In this document: piece by piece, positions 24,772-38,383 of the stretch
Layout of the letters: each line of letters starts with the position of its first letter
Numbering within the stretch: the stretch's first letter is position 1
Assembly: GCF_009834535.1 (NCBI RefSeq)
Contig: NC_045697.1
Coordinates: 5,148,001 to 5,212,000, forward strand
DNA: 64,000 bases
Reading direction: 5' to 3'
Source: Camelus ferus
Lineage: Eukaryota
The notes under the pieces: generated by a model
Seen by the model: the letters and a program-made list of their open reading frames with translations, nothing else
What the model was told of the DNA's origin: nothing
Databases searched by the model: none
Translations under genes and position numbers: made by a program

Positions 24772-25399
24772 CTGTAAAAGAAAGAAGAGAAAACAAGAAC
24801 CAAGTCAGATTTGCCAAACCTCGTATTGGTCCTTGAAAGTCCTTACCGGCATACTCATCCATTTATTCCAAATGGCTTCTGGCTTACTGCATTATGTTTG
24901 CCATGGTGGCACTCCACCACCGAATGGATACTTCTTGGCATATTCTATTCTTCCCTCTTCCTCCACCCCAAAACCCCCCATATATTTGGCAGTTAACACT
25001 TCACCAATAGCTATATAGGAAGAGAAACATCTTCCAGGCCCAGGGGAAGGGATGGCAGAGAAAAACTTGGACACTTCGATTCTCAGATTCTTGTACTTGC
25101 TGTGTTTCCTCTGCAGGATGACCTTTCCCTACTTCTGGTCCCTGTCCTGTCCACCAAGCACTCTTACCTTACATGCTCAGACAGCCACAAACCTGTCTCA
25201 GTGTCCAAGGAGTTAATCCTTCCTGCCTCCTTTATGGAACCTCTGAACCCCTCAGCGTCATGACCACATACATCATGGTCCTTTCCTGCTTGGACGTCTG
25301 TCTGACTCCTGGAATCTGGAGCCCGGAGGTCAAGGATGATGAACTCACACCCTCCTCCTGGTACTGCCCTGCCTCATGCCTCCCCTTCCTGATGCTCCT

Positions 25400-26590
25400 T
25401 GATGGGACTCCCCATTCTTGTTCCTTCTGTTGCCTTATTCCCATATGGCCTCCACCCCATCCCCACAGCACAACAGGCCAACAGTGTAGGGCCATGCTGC
25501 TTGAGCCAATGGACACCTTTCTGTCCCCCTTCTGCTTGGCCACGCTCTCTTTTCTGAAACATCTGTTTGGCTTCTATGGAAGTGCACCCTCTCAGCTTTC
25601 CCCTTCATGCATCAGCCCTTTTGCACACTCAGCTTCATCCTCCCAGCCACTGAATAGTGGACCATGTCAACCACCCATCCTACGACTTTCCTCTTCTAAC
25701 TGGCCCCAAAAGCTTCAGCCTCCACCTAATGACCAATGACTTTTCAACGTATCTCTTCTCTGGCCCCAAGGCTCTGTGTATAGATTGATGCCTACCTCAC
25801 AGCCACTCCTGGAGGCTTCAGAGCCATCTTGAACTCAGTATGTCCAAAACCGATGAGTGGTTCAACATACATCCGACCTCAAAGCCTGGGACTCACCCTT
25901 GACTCCTCTCTCTCCCAGCCCCACATCTCCTCCTCCACTAGGTCGGGTCCTTTCACCTCTTCACTGTCTCTCACACGTCCTTCCTGTGGCCACCTTCAGT
26001 CTAACCCACGTCATCTGTTGCCTGGACAACCACAGTGGTCTTCCAACATCCTCTCTCAGGAAGGGGGTCTTGTTTATCCTTTGCTTACACCCCTCCAGCA
26101 CCCCCTCCATTGCTTTTGGGGAAAAGAGCAGTTTCCTCCCGTGGCCACGAGGCCCTACACACCTGGGCCCCTCCTTCTTCTCCTGCCTCACCTCCCACCA
26201 CGCTCCCCACACCCTCTGAGCTTCAGACACATGAGCTTTCTCTCTGTGCTTTGAACAGCCATTCCCCATACCTTTAATGCTCCTCTCTGGCTCCTACACT
26301 TGTGAACTCTGCTTCCTCTGCAGACTTGTGTGTCCGGAGAGGGCTGCCCTCACTGTCCAGCCTAAGCCTGCTCCCCTGTTACATAGTCCCCCAGCACCAC
26401 AGGACGTTCCTCCCAAAGACATCATTCTGTATGATCGGACACATATTTGATTAAGATCATTGTTCCCCCACTAGACTCTAAGCTCCCTGAGGTCGAAGGC
26501 CATGTTTGCTTCTCTCCTGCACCCTGGCAGCTAGGGCAGTGTTAGTGCCGTCAGTGTTGGACAAACACTCATCAGCTAAAGGAATGATCC
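25400..26590 (+). mobile_element. L2 LINE 3' portion
   Basis: ctgggactcacccttgactcctctctctc (LGxTLDSSLS RT-tail motif) and ctagactctaagctccctgagg near the 3' end. Confidence 0.7.
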
Positions 26591-28337
26591 AAAGCAGATC
26601 TCCCCACACACGGTGCCAGACACAATTCCCTCCCAGCACATAATGAGTGTTCCATAAATATTTCTGAGTTAGATTGAATTACGGCCAGTTTCCAGTAACA
26701 AGGAAAGACACGCTATTTACAAAAGATGAAGTGAACTGATTAGTTCACTCCATTATGGGAGGGGCGGGTGCGGGATGTGGGGAGGTGAAGAAATACAATT
26801 AGTTCCCTGTGTGTTAAACCCAACGATGTGGAGGATAATTGTGTTGAACTGTGTCCCTGCCAAGCCAAAGTCAGAATCCTGTGTACCATCTAACACCTAA
26901 CGTGCTTAGAATAGAGAGACGGGGTTAATGGTTAACTTAGCAAAACCTTGGTTCCTCGACCTAGATAGGTTTCCTTTGCACATAACTTGCCAGGAAGAGA
27001 AATTCCATATTTTTTCTGCTTCCCCGCTCACCAAAGATCAAGGGAGGAGAGGAAAGCAACGGGCTTGGACTGCAATGAGCTAGGAAACGCACACATCCTA
27101 TCACGAGCCCCCCAGGTCCCAGGAGGCGGGCACCACTGTCGGCATGTGCCCCCTGCCCCCCAGTTAGCCATGAACACCACCACTTCCCTGAAGGCTCCAC
27201 GTGGCTTCACACTGCCTTGTCTCTGCGCTCTTATTTCCCCCGCCTGGAAAGCCGTTCTTCCAATGCCCTTTATTTTGGGGAACACTCCTATCTGGCTTTG
27301 GACACATGGCTCACACGTGTCTCTCTCTTACGAAGATTTTCCCCACTCCCAACCAATCACTGTCTCCTTAGTGCGATCTCAGAATCTCCCGCAGACAGCT
27401 GTCCAGAGATCAGGAGAACCCAGCCTGCAGTCAGATGGCTTAGGTTCATAAAGCAGCTCTGCCGCAGTCTGAGTGGCCTTAAATGAGTCACTTGGCTTCT
27501 ATGTGCCTAACTTACCCCATCTATAAAATGGGAGCAATTCTGCCTACTTTCCGTAAGAGTGGAGAATAGTGCTGGGCACAACAGAACCTCTGAGAATGCC
27601 TGAACTGTCTGTGCCGGGGACGAGGAGTAAACCTCCCACTCCTCTGGGCTCTCGCAGGAGGGATGTTTCACTGAACATCCTTGGCTTCTTGTTCCACCAA
27701 AGGTGGAGTGAGCTGTGGGAGAGCCGAGCTGGAAAGGGAAGTGCACTGGTGTACTTCTGCCTGTCCAGCTCTCTGTCTGTCTGCAGGGAGCAAGCTCTCC
27801 CTCTGCTCCTTCTTGCCAGACGCTTTTCAGGGCTGGGCACCGTGCAGAAAGGTCTGCGGGACCCTGAGTTGTTGCCAAACAGGTGGGTGAGCCCGGCTAA
27901 TTCTCAGCTTTGGAATCAGGAGCGCACGGCGGCTGCCCTCCTGAGTCCCCCTCCTCAACCCTACCTCAATTCCTCCTAGAGGGAAGGCTTGGTTCTCCAC
28001 TGGCCTCCTTTTTTGTCTTGACTCATAACTGGGAGGGGTATTAATTACCGAGCAACCTGGCAAATGTCAAAAGCTATTACTGTTTTAATAATTAACATTA
28101 TAATGCTGTAAATAATCTCACTCACCCACATCCCTTAAAGAAAGACGTGTTCATAGGTGGAGGCGGGGTGTGTAACATAACGTACAGGGCAAACAGACAC
28201 CTGTTTAATGTTTACTTGCTGATTGGACTAGACTGGATTTAAGTGACTGAGCATATGGCCTGTATTTCCCATTTATTTGGAATCTCCCTGAGACTGGTAT
28301 ACTGAAACTTACATAATAGCACCTCCAGGAATACACT

Positions 28338-28479
28338 TAAAAATATTTTATTTATTGTTTTGGGGGTGGGTAATTAGGTTTATTTATTTACTCATGCATT
28401 TTAATGGAGGTACTGGGGGTTGAACCCAGGACCTAGTGCATACTAAGCATGTGCTCTACTGCTGAGCTCTACCCTCCCC
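28338..28479 (-). mobile_element. Vic-1-type SINE with a 17-bp TSD
   Basis: tRNA-Ala-like head on the minus strand. TSD acctccaggaatacact at 28321-28337 and acctccatgaatacact at 28480-28496. Confidence 0.92.
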
Positions 28480-28666
28480 ACCTCCATGAATACACTGTGA
28501 ATAAGTGAAGGGTTTACACTTCTTGAGAAGCAGGCAGAAGAGGCCTCAGTTGATGCAAGTGCCAAGCCAAAGGCGGAGCCTAGAAATCGCACTGTCACAT
28601 GGGGCTGTTGGCCTCCAGCCAGAGGCAGTGGCGGGAGGACGTGAGAGGGTTGACCAGTGGGTTTCT

Positions 28667-28779
28667 TAGGGTGACATCTTGTCCTGGTTTGACCAGAACC
28701 TTCCTGGTCTTAGTACTGAAGGTCCTACATCTCTGGAAACCCTGCAGTTCTGGGAAAACCAACACGGTTGGTCACCCAG
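28667..28779. mobile_element. hAT-Blackjack MITE (MER81-like)
   Basis: TIRs tagggtgac... and ...gtcaccc; about 113 bp. Confidence 0.75.
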
Positions 28780-29179
28780 AGGTTTGGAGATCACTGACCT
28801 GACCCACCTGAAGAAGTCACAAGCACCACCAGAGCTGGCGGGGACAGGAAGGTGCATTCCTGAAAAGCAGTGTCTGTTCAGGGAACCAGCTGCTTAGAGA
28901 GGGTCACCAAGGGCGACACTGCAACACGTCCACTGTGAAGGCAGAAACAGGCTGGCTAAAAGCAAAGCCAGGGGGTGCCAGCGACCCCACCCAAAACACG
29001 AGAGCAGTGACACCTGCCTGAGTGCTGTCACACGGATGATTAAATGACACACGACCCATTGAATAACTGGTTCTCTGCCCAGCCAAGCCCAACTCTCCCC
29101 TCCTCCTCGGTAAGGAAACCGCAAGTCCAATAGGGAGCAGTGTGGCCAGCCCCAGCAGTGGGTCACAACGGATCTAAAT

Positions 29180-29305
29180 CCAGTGTGTTCATCAGGATCC
29201 CCCCTGGAGGCCGGTTAAGACAGATCATGGGCCCCACTCCTGAGTTTCTGGGGAGGGGCCAGAGAATGTGCATTTCTAACAAGTTCCCAAGTGATACTGA
29301 TTGTC
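29180..29305. mobile_element. MER5-like hAT-Charlie relic
   Basis: cagatcatgggccccactcctgagtttctg...agaatgtgcatttctaacaagttcccaagtgatactgat. Confidence 0.65.
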
Positions 29306-29309
29306 CACT

Positions 29310-29700
29310 GGACAGTTCTGTTCCCCATTCTCCCAGACACTCAGACAGCTGGCAATGACCATGTGACACAGGTCTAGCCAATGAGATCTAAGCAGAAGAT
29401 TATTTCTGAGAAAGCATTTTTTTTTCCTGATTAAAAAGAGACAGATATACAGCTGGAGTGGCTCTTCAAACCTTCCACCTCTTCCTGCCATGAACGTGGA
29501 TGTAACGGCTGGAGCTACAACAGCCATCTTGTGATCATAAGACAACAAACACTGTTGTTGGTCTCTGAAGCCATGCCAGCAAACACCTATCTCTGGACCT
29601 CTCATTATATTAGAAAAAAGAACAAACAGTCTTATTTGTTCAAGTTACTGTGGGTCACATTTGCTACTACTGGAAGTTAGAAGTACTCCTTTCTGATACA
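29310..29700. mobile_element. Old MaLR LTR (MLT1J-like)
   Basis: gaccatgtgacacaggtctagccaatgagatctaagcagaag...gctggagctacaacagccatcttgtgatcat. Confidence 0.7.
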
Positions 29701-29799
29701 CAAAGATAGCCACATAGTAGGAGCTTAGTAAATGCTAATTAGTTTATTGTTGAATTTCTAGTCTCATTTGGATTTTACAGAAAGGCAGAAGAATGAAGT

Positions 29800-30045
29800 T
29801 GTATGGGGTATAAGCATAGGGACCAGGCTGCCTAGATTTGAATTTTGAATTTCCAACACTCACCAGCTAGGTGACCTTGGGGAAGTCACTTAACCTCTCT
29901 GTAACTCAGTCTCTTCACTTATAAAAATGGATAAGCTAAAATACCTACCTGGTATTGTTGTGAATATTAAACTAAGTGAATCCGCATAGGTTACGTATTT
30001 AGAACAGCGCGGAGCCTGCCAACACCGGGTATTATTATCATCACT
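29800..30045. mobile_element. MIR SINE
   Basis: ggtgaccttggggaagtcacttaacctctctgtaactcagtctcttcacttataaaaatgg core. Other MIR remnants occur near 3190, 15530, 27420, 30840, 35600 and 47310. Confidence 0.8.
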
Positions 30046-32882
30046 GTTCTGTATGAGTGGCTTTTTCCCATTTTCCACCTTTCACTCAAACACTAGTCTG
30101 ATTAAACCATGACCAAACATCGCACGGGCAATAAAGCTGGGACTGTATTAGCGCCCATCAGCTACTGATGGTAATTATCACACCGGATAAACGTCGTTGC
30201 TCTACCTTGCAGCCACTGGGTTCTTTTCTCATTTCCATCAGGCCAATTATTTCTAACGATTTCATAGCACTCTTTCAACATGCAATATTCATGAAGCAGT
30301 TTATTCAGAGAGCCAAGCGTGGATTCTCAAGATGCCTAGTTACTCTTTAAACAATCTCTGATGGAAAGTAAACCCAATAAATACCCTGCAAAAATACACA
30401 CATTTGAGCATCATTTGCATTAAGCAAAGAAAGCAAGCAAGTGTCCCCTTTCCTGTCTCCCTAAAAAGCTGAAACCTGGAGTCTGTTCCGTGTCCCATTG
30501 GTGCTGCACACAGATTGCACTTGAGCTGATCACATGTGTAGGAAATTTCACCCCAAAATACTGATTCCTGACATCATTTCAAAAATTAGAAGATCTGCCA
30601 AAACTGGCCCCATGATGCCCCCAGAAAACAGGACAACAGTCTTCTCTGATTCACCTCTGTCCGTGCCTGCCCAGCTCAGGTATCTCTCTTTCCTGCCTGA
30701 TCCCCTGAGTATTTGAGGTTTTGGTCGTTGGACTGCAGTGGAAAAAAGGCCTATCAGATGAGGGAGGTGGTGAGGGGCAGAGGTGGGAGGGAGGGTTTGG
30801 TGTCCCACACAGCTATCTTTAAACCTAACCCCACCATTTTTGTCATTGTGAACCTGAGAAAATAAATTAACTGCCTCAGCCTTGATTCTCCCATCAGTAA
30901 AATGGGGGTAGTGATGCCTGCCTCCCCCAGTCAGGGTGAGGCCACAGGCAATGACAAGGCAAAAGGCAGACTCAGCAAACAGGAGCCACCAAAGAATATC
31001 CATCCACTCAGACCCCTGCTGTAGCTGTGGACCCTGAGCCTGGTCACTGAGCACCTCAGAAGCCAGCTGCCCATCTCTAAAATGGGGTAATGCTCAGCAG
31101 GTGGAATTTTCCTCGGGACAGCACTATGCTGTAATCAGCACGCAATGCCGGTGATTATTCGGTTTGGGTTCGGTCCCTCATTAGCACAGAGGTAATGCAC
31201 GCATGCAGGTGACTCCTTGGGAACAGGCAGGAATGAATGAACTTTGTAGTGAGGTAGGAGATCAGGAAGGGGGCACTCCGGACCCGGGAAATGAGATCAT
31301 TTTCTTTGCAGGCCATTACTGACCTCCACACGGAAAGAAGGGATGACCCAGGGGCACAGCAGCATTGCCACGAAATGCTTCTGGCAGGTCGCTTCCTCAA
31401 CACATACTTACTGGGTGAAAAAATTGTGATCTATTGAGTGGATATATACTTCCTGAGGTGACGAGTGAGTGCATGCTATGTGCCAGGCCCGGTTCTAGGT
31501 ACTGGGACGCAGCAGTGAACAGAGCACAAAATGACCCTCCATCCATTCACGGAGCTGCCATCTTGCCCTCGGCCTGGGGCCTCCTGGCCTCTCCCAGAGC
31601 ATCTCACTCCCACCCTCAGGTTCAGGGTGGATGTCAGCACGCAGGTAGCAAGGGCCCTGCCTCCACCCCTCCAGCCCACCCAGCAATCGCCTCCTTCTAG
31701 CCCTGGGGGCCCAGGATGTAGATATTACACAAAGGTTTCTAAATCCCTTCTCATCTTTTTTCAAAAAATATTAAAACATAATTTAATAAAGGTCAAACTA
31801 GAAGTTATGTATGAAAGCATTACAGTAGAAACATTTAACTTTGCCTGGAGGGATAAAGCTTCACTTTTCATCAAATGTGACATAACAGCTCCAACTAAGA
31901 GATGAACAGGTGTCTGCCAGTCAGACACTGTAACCAACTTACAGGACACCAAGTTTTCTGTGCTTTCTGAACAGTGTAGAACAGCACTTGAGATGGCTAG
32001 ACAATCACTGAATGCTTCAATAAATAGCTAGAGAAAGGCTGAATGAATGAATGATTTTACAGAGCTTGCCAAAGATTCACAGCAACAATAAGAATTTACA
32101 TTCTCTCTCCTATTAGTTTGTTGTTGTTGTTGTTCTTGGCTTCATGCATAGACTGTTTTCCCTTCTTCTCTACGTACTTTTGTATTTAAGAGTATGGGAT
32201 CCCAGGAGGGAGCATCCCACCATAAAGTCTGTCCATGTTTGGAAAAAAAAAAAAAGATACTTTGGAAACAAAATCACATCACTTCCATCCTCTTTCTGGG
32301 AAAGTGGAATCAAAACTCGCCAGCTCTGGGAGAGGCAGGCTTGGTCACTCTCCAAACCAACTCCCAGCTGTGCGACTTTGGACAAAAAGTGATGCCATGA
32401 GGGTGCCTGCTAGAGCCGTGTCAGCTCGCGACACCATGACTCAGGGAGAAACTCTGCATGACCAGACCGTGAGCACTTCTTCTGGAGATCAAGTGAGCAA
32501 TTTCTTGATTTTTGAGAAATGTGAAAAAACAATTCCATGAAGGAAGGATGGCCATTCAGTAAATCGTGCTGGAGCAACTGGACACCCACAGGCAAAAAAA
32601 TAAGCCTCGGCCTAAGTCAAGGCTGGAGTCTTTGGCAGGGGGCTGGGGTCAGGTCAGCTCCCGGGACAGGAACAGGACGCAGCCCTGCAGGGAGGTCGGG
32701 GAAGAGCTGGGGCAGCCTGGGGGCAGCTCTGCAGAGGTGGTGACATTGATAAGTCTGCAGCAGGGGGTTAAGAAGCTGCCATTTTCACTGTGAAGGAGGA
32801 AGAGGGCTCCTTGATGAAGACAAACGGGGAGGTAGGAGCAGAGGCTCCGGGGAAAGCCTGTCCTACAGACATAAGAAGGGCC

Positions 32883-34037
32883 TGTATTAGTTTTCTATGT
32901 GCTGTAACAAATATTACATACTTGCCAGCTTAAAACAACACCCAGTGATTAACCCACAGTTCTGTAGTTCAGAAACTTACCCTATGATCCAGCAATCCCA
33001 CTCCTGGGCATACAGCTGGAGGGAACTCCAATTCAAAAAGACGCATGCACCCCAATGTTCACAGCAGCACTATTTACAACAGCCAAGACATAGAAGCAAC
33101 CTAAATGCCCATCAACAGATCTCTGGATAAAAAAAAAAGTGGTACATTTCTACAATGGAATATTACTCAGCCATAAAAAAGAATGAAATAATGCCATTGG
33201 CAGCAACATGGATGGACCTAGAGATTATCATACTAAGTGAAGTAAGTCAGACAAAGACAAATACTATATATCACTTATAAGTGGAATCTCAAAAAAAAAA
33301 GGATGCAAATTTATTTACAAAACAGAGACACACTCACAGACAGAAAACAAACTTATGGTTACCAGGGGAGAAAAGGAGTTGGGGGAGGTAAATTGGGAAT
33401 TTGGGATTTGCAGATACTACTATATATAAAACAGATAAACAACAAGGACTTACTATATAGCACAGAGAACTATATGCAGTATCTTGTAATGGCCTATAAT
33501 GAAAAAGAATATATATATATATATATATGTACAACTGAATCACTATGCTGTACACCAGAAATTAACACAACATTGTAAATTGACTATATTTCAATAAAAA
33601 AAAGGAAAGAAAGAAGCCTGTGTGGGAGCAAGTGGATTCTCTGCTTAGGGTCTCACAAGGCCAAAATCCAGGTGCCGGCCAGGCCGCTCTCACTGGACAC
33701 TCTGGGGAAGAACAGGATTACTAGCTCATCAAGGTTGCTGACAGGATTCAGCTCCTTGTGGCTGTAGGATGGTGGTCCCAGTCTCCTTCCTGGCCGTGAA
33801 CCGAGAGTTCTCAGCATCTAGAGGCTTCCAATATTGCATCAAATCCTTCTCATGCGTCAAATCTCTTGTTTTCCTTTCTCTAACTAGCTGGAGAAATCTC
33901 TCTGCTTTTCCGGAACTCCTGTGATTAGATTTGCTCCACCTACATAATCTCCTTTTTGCAATATAACGTAACATCATCACAGAAGTGGAGTGGCGGACAG
34001 GATGTTCATGGGGCTGTCTTAAAATTCTGCCTCTTAC
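32883..34037. mobile_element. MaLR (MLT1-type) LTR split by an L1 insertion
   Basis: Starts tgtattagttttctatgtgctgtaacaaat, resumes after 33610 (gcttagggtctcacaaggccaaaatccaggtg) and ends aaattctgcctcttaca. Confidence 0.75.
32973..33610 (+). mobile_element. 5'-truncated camelid-type L1 with a complete 3' end and A tail
   Basis: tatgatccagcaatcccactcctggg...acaacattgtaaattgactatatttcaataaaaaaaa. Confidence 0.9.
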
Positions 34038-34099
34038 AGGGCCAAATAAATGATGAATTCATTGCTGTGCACTGCCAACGATTAGGGATGGTCCCTAAA

Positions 34100-34191
34100 A
34101 CACACACATGCACACATGCACACATGCACACACGCGCACACACACACGCACACACACATGCACACAAACACACACGCAGGCTCACACACAC
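34100..34191. repeat. Imperfect (CA)n microsatellite
   Basis: Seen directly. Confidence 0.9.
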
Positions 34192-34929
34192 CATCTTATT
34201 CCCTTACTAGCCCAGTGCAAACCAGAACGATAGATGAGAAGCCTTGTTGAAGCTCTTTATATCCATTGCCTGTGGTTTCCCTTTGGGGTTAGAAGATCCA
34301 TTTATTTTGTATTTCCTTCCTGACCTTCACAGAGATCTGATTCTATTTGATTAGGCCCTGGGCCAGACACAAACCAAACCGGGCCCCAGCCATCCAGGCT
34401 TTCCCCTTCACAAGAGCTAGAATGGAGGTAAGCGAGCCCAGGAGGCCTCGGTGGGGGCAGAGCTGGGACTGGCCACCCGCTCCGAGGGCTTCAGGAGGCT
34501 CCGGAGCCCAGGAAGTGCTGACGGCTTTAGGAAGAGCTGACATCACACAGCTCTCGACAAGTACAGTGAGGTCCTCTGCTCGCTCAGAGAGCTGGTGAGC
34601 TTAGAGATTTCAGGACTTTTCCTCTCTGTCAGAGCCAGATTCCAAAATCCAGAGAAACAGGATGGATTTCCAAGGAGATGGGCTACAGGGCAGCCCCCCG
34701 GCCCACAAACCGGAGGGATGATGACTTTTTGGCAGAAGCAGGGCATGAGAGAAGGGTTTCTTGAGTAAGCAAAGCGGGGGCTTACCTCACCTCTCTCCCC
34801 CTCACTCCTGTGCAGATTAAACGAGGTCATGCATGGAAAGATGGAGGTCGGACATATTAGTCAATCAATGAGTGGTAGTGGGCTGCGGGAGTGATGGGGA
34901 TGACGACAGAGGTGACATGGCCAGAGATG

Positions 34930-35302
34930 GTAGTTATGGGATAACCTGTGTCCCCTCAAATTCACATGAAGTCCCCAGAACCTTCGATGGGATTTATTTG
35001 GATACAGGGCATCTGAAGAGGTGATTAAGGTAGAATAAGGTCACTAGGGTGGGCCTCAACCCAACGTAACTGGTGTCCTGATAAGAGATTAGGACACAGA
35101 CACACACAGAGGGCTGACCCGGGGAGGACACGGGGAGAGGGTGGCCATCCACAAGCCAAGGAGAGGCCTTGGAAGAAACCAACCCTGCCGACTCCTTGAT
35201 CTTGGACTTTTAGTAACCTCCGGGACCATAAGGAGTCACGTGACCGTTGTTTAAGTCCCCTACTCTGGAGTGCTCGGTTACGGCGGCCAGAGCAGACTCA
35301 CA
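34930..35302. mobile_element. MaLR (MLT1A/B-like) solo LTR
   Basis: tgtgtcccctcaaattcacatg...ggtggccatccacaagccaaggagaggccttggaagaaaccaaccctgccgactccttgatcttggactt. Confidence 0.8.
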
Positions 35303-37054
35303 GTGATGATGACGATGTTGATGTCACTGGAAAAGCACAGGACGAGGCAACATGAGGGGCCCTGGGTTAGAGAGGGAAATCCCCGTATCCAACCGTCATC
35401 CGTGCCCGCGCGCTGCGTTTTTCTCAGCCTTCCTGGCCTCTCTATGTGGCTGGCTGCCATGTGGTGGCCAGGACAAGTTTCCCAAACAGATGTCCGTCCC
35501 CTCCCTCTTTATCAGGGACAGCAGTCTTCTCAGCTCTTCCAGAGAGACCCAACCCAGACTTGGGTGCAGGCAGGCCCAGCTCCAGGCTCCACCCCTCCAC
35601 CCTGCCATGTGTGACCTGAGGCTTCCTTAACTATTCTGGGCCTTTGTTTTCATGTCTGCAAAATGGGGACAGTAACTTCACTACCTCTGAAAGCCACTGG
35701 AAAAATGAGAGATAGTTTACAGAAAACATCCAGCATTCTACCTGACAAGAGCTGGCCAGCTCAGGGAACGACGCCCGCCGGAGCCCTTTGTTCTGGGTGT
35801 CACTGCTACCTGCACCGTTGCTCCTGGCAGCTGCTGACACTGTTTACTGTCACTGTAATGACATCATAACTACATACGCAGAATCTGAAGCCAGCTCTTC
35901 CCCTTACAAGTTGTGGGACCCGCTTCCTCCTCTGTAACAGGGGAATAATAAGAACCTCTACATAATAAGATGTTGTGGGACCAAATTATTTAATATTTGT
36001 AAAGTGCTCAGAATAAAGCAGGGCACCAGTTAGATTCCCGAACAATGTCATTGGTCACGTAGTCATTTTGTCACAAACACACAGATCTCAAAAATTCTCA
36101 TGATTTCATGTTATCTCTAAACATTACCTTCATTCATTCAAGCATCTATCTGTATGCAAGTCTCAGATCTGTGTAGCGATTATGAAATGATTGGATACTG
36201 AAATAAATGCACGTGGATGAGGGAGAAACCATTAAAACTTTAAGGAAATAATGGAGTCTACACCCAAAAAAGCGACTTTTATAGCTCCAGTCACCACATC
36301 AGATTCAGAACATGAACACATGTTATTTGCAATTTGTTAGCTCACATAGGCTCTTCCCTCCTCACCTTCATAAGCTGAATGCATTCTTTCAGAACTGAGA
36401 ATGTCCTCATCTAATTTATTTTAAAAATGGAACATTTTGTAACAGAGTCACACAGCCATAATACAAATCACTGAGTGTCTGCTTGGGTTTTGTCAGATTC
36501 TTGGAAGGAGATAAAATCTTGAGAATAGAAGTCTGAAAAAACTGACAATATCTGAGAAAAAAAAAAAAAGGAAATGATAACCTTCTGGAAATCTGATGCT
36601 TGCCACCACCCAGCAGAGGTCCAAAGCACACATTATCAGAAATCTGCTAAGAAAAAGACCAAACCACGTCCTCACTTGCCCAGGTGGAAATTGAAGCTGT
36701 CCCAGCCGGGTGTGAAATCTTCCTAGCACCCCGGCGGTTACACACACTCCTGTTCCTTCCATGAGTTTTGCCAGCCGACAGAATATCAATTTCTCATTTC
36801 TAACATCAACAGAACTTCGCACACAGGCCACGGCACAGAATGTGCTCACTAAACTGAGGGAAGGACACCAAAGTCAGTCTGCCTGAGGGGCAGAAGCGCC
36901 ACCACCAGGAATGCCCACAGCAGGTGATCCCTGCAAGAGGGTGGAAATCGGTTCTGGGGGCAAAATTCTCTTACTCTTTGATGTGTACAGCACAGGTGTG
37001 GAGAGAGGGCGTGTACGAGTTTACAATATATCTGAGGTGTCAAAATTCCACCGC

Positions 37055-37879
37055 AGTCATTCAAACGTCCACAAACAACAAATGCCGGAGAGGCTGTGGA
37101 GAAAGGGGAGCCCCCCTGCACTGCTGGCGGGAATGCAGCCAGGTGCAGCCACTGTGGGAAACAGTGTGGAGGTTCCTTAAAAAACTGAAAATAGACTTCC
37201 CGTATGATCCAGTGTCAAATGAAATAAAATGCACAACCTAAAAGTTAAGAGTTCTGTATTATTCGGCGGACATTTCTGAGGACTCGAACCCCTTGCAGCC
37301 CGGGATGACAGCCTCCCAGGTCGCTCTGAGGGACTGCTCCGACGAGGTAGGGGAGGAGCCAGGATGTATAACAGTTTCACAACAAAGACCAGGCAGTCGG
37401 AACATTAAAGATTATTGTTAAAGAAAACCAGACATCTCAAGTTGAAACTTTTAGTGCTTTTCTATGTATGGGAGGGACCACATGTCTGGGCTCATTAAAA
37501 TCACTCCTTTGACAAGCACCCAGCTACTGAGGGCCAATATCCTGTCCTTTCTTATTCTGAGTCCCCTCAGAGGGCACTGAGGTGGCTGCAGAGGCTGGGA
37601 TGCCTGCTTGTCTGCACCCTGAGCTCACTATGGGGGGTGGCGGCAGTGGCTGACGACTTGATGGCTTCAGGATTCTTTGTTTACTGATATGGCTTGCAGT
37701 ATTTTTCATTCACACCAGCAATCCCACTCCTGGGTATATACCCAGAGGAAACGCTAACTCACAAAGTTACATGCACCCTAATGTTCATAGCAGCACTATT
37801 TACAATAGCCAACTCATGGAAACAACCTAAATGTCCATCAACAGATGAATGCATATATGCATATATCGATGTGTGTGTG

Positions 37880-37917
<38 letters not shown>

Positions 37918-38383
37918 AATATTACTCAACCACAAAAAAGAATGAAATAATGCCATTTGCAGCAATATGGATGGACCTAGAGATTATCATGAGATTATCA
38001 TAGTAAGTGAAGTAAGTCAGACAGATAAAGACAAATATCATATGATATCACCTATATGTGAAATCTTTAAAAAATGATTTATTTACAAAGCAGAAAGAGA
38101 CTCACAGACATAGAAAACAAACTTACAATGACCAAAGGGGAAAGGGAGGGGGGCAGGGATAAATTAAGAGTTTGGGATTAGCAGATACAAACTACTTAGA
38201 TGTGAAATAGATAAACAACAATATAGCACAAGGAACTGTATTTAATATCTTGTAATAAACTATCACCAAAAGGATCTGAAAAAAGAATATCTATATCTAT
38301 ATCTATTAAAAACTAAATCACTATGCTGTACACTGGAAAGTAACACAACACTGTAAATCAACTATACTTCAACAACAAAAAAC
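37055..38383 (+). mobile_element. 5'-truncated camelid-type L1 (end of ORF2 and 3' UTR), interrupted by a solo LTR and containing a (CA)n repeat
   Basis: Translation [48 protein letters not shown] resumes as PAIPLLGIYPEE after the LTR. Confidence 0.92.
37213..37714 (-). mobile_element. ERV1-class solo LTR (502 bp), intact termini, 4-bp TSD
   Basis: TG...CA termini with TSD ccag at 37209-37212 and 37715-37718. Removing it restores the L1 text tatgatccag|caatcccactcc. Confidence 0.9.

Noticed and set aside
24671..24862. 63-aa ORF as a standalone small kinase-like protein
   Set aside because: Only the 56-bp exon between the splice sites is kinase-like; the flanks are intron read-through.
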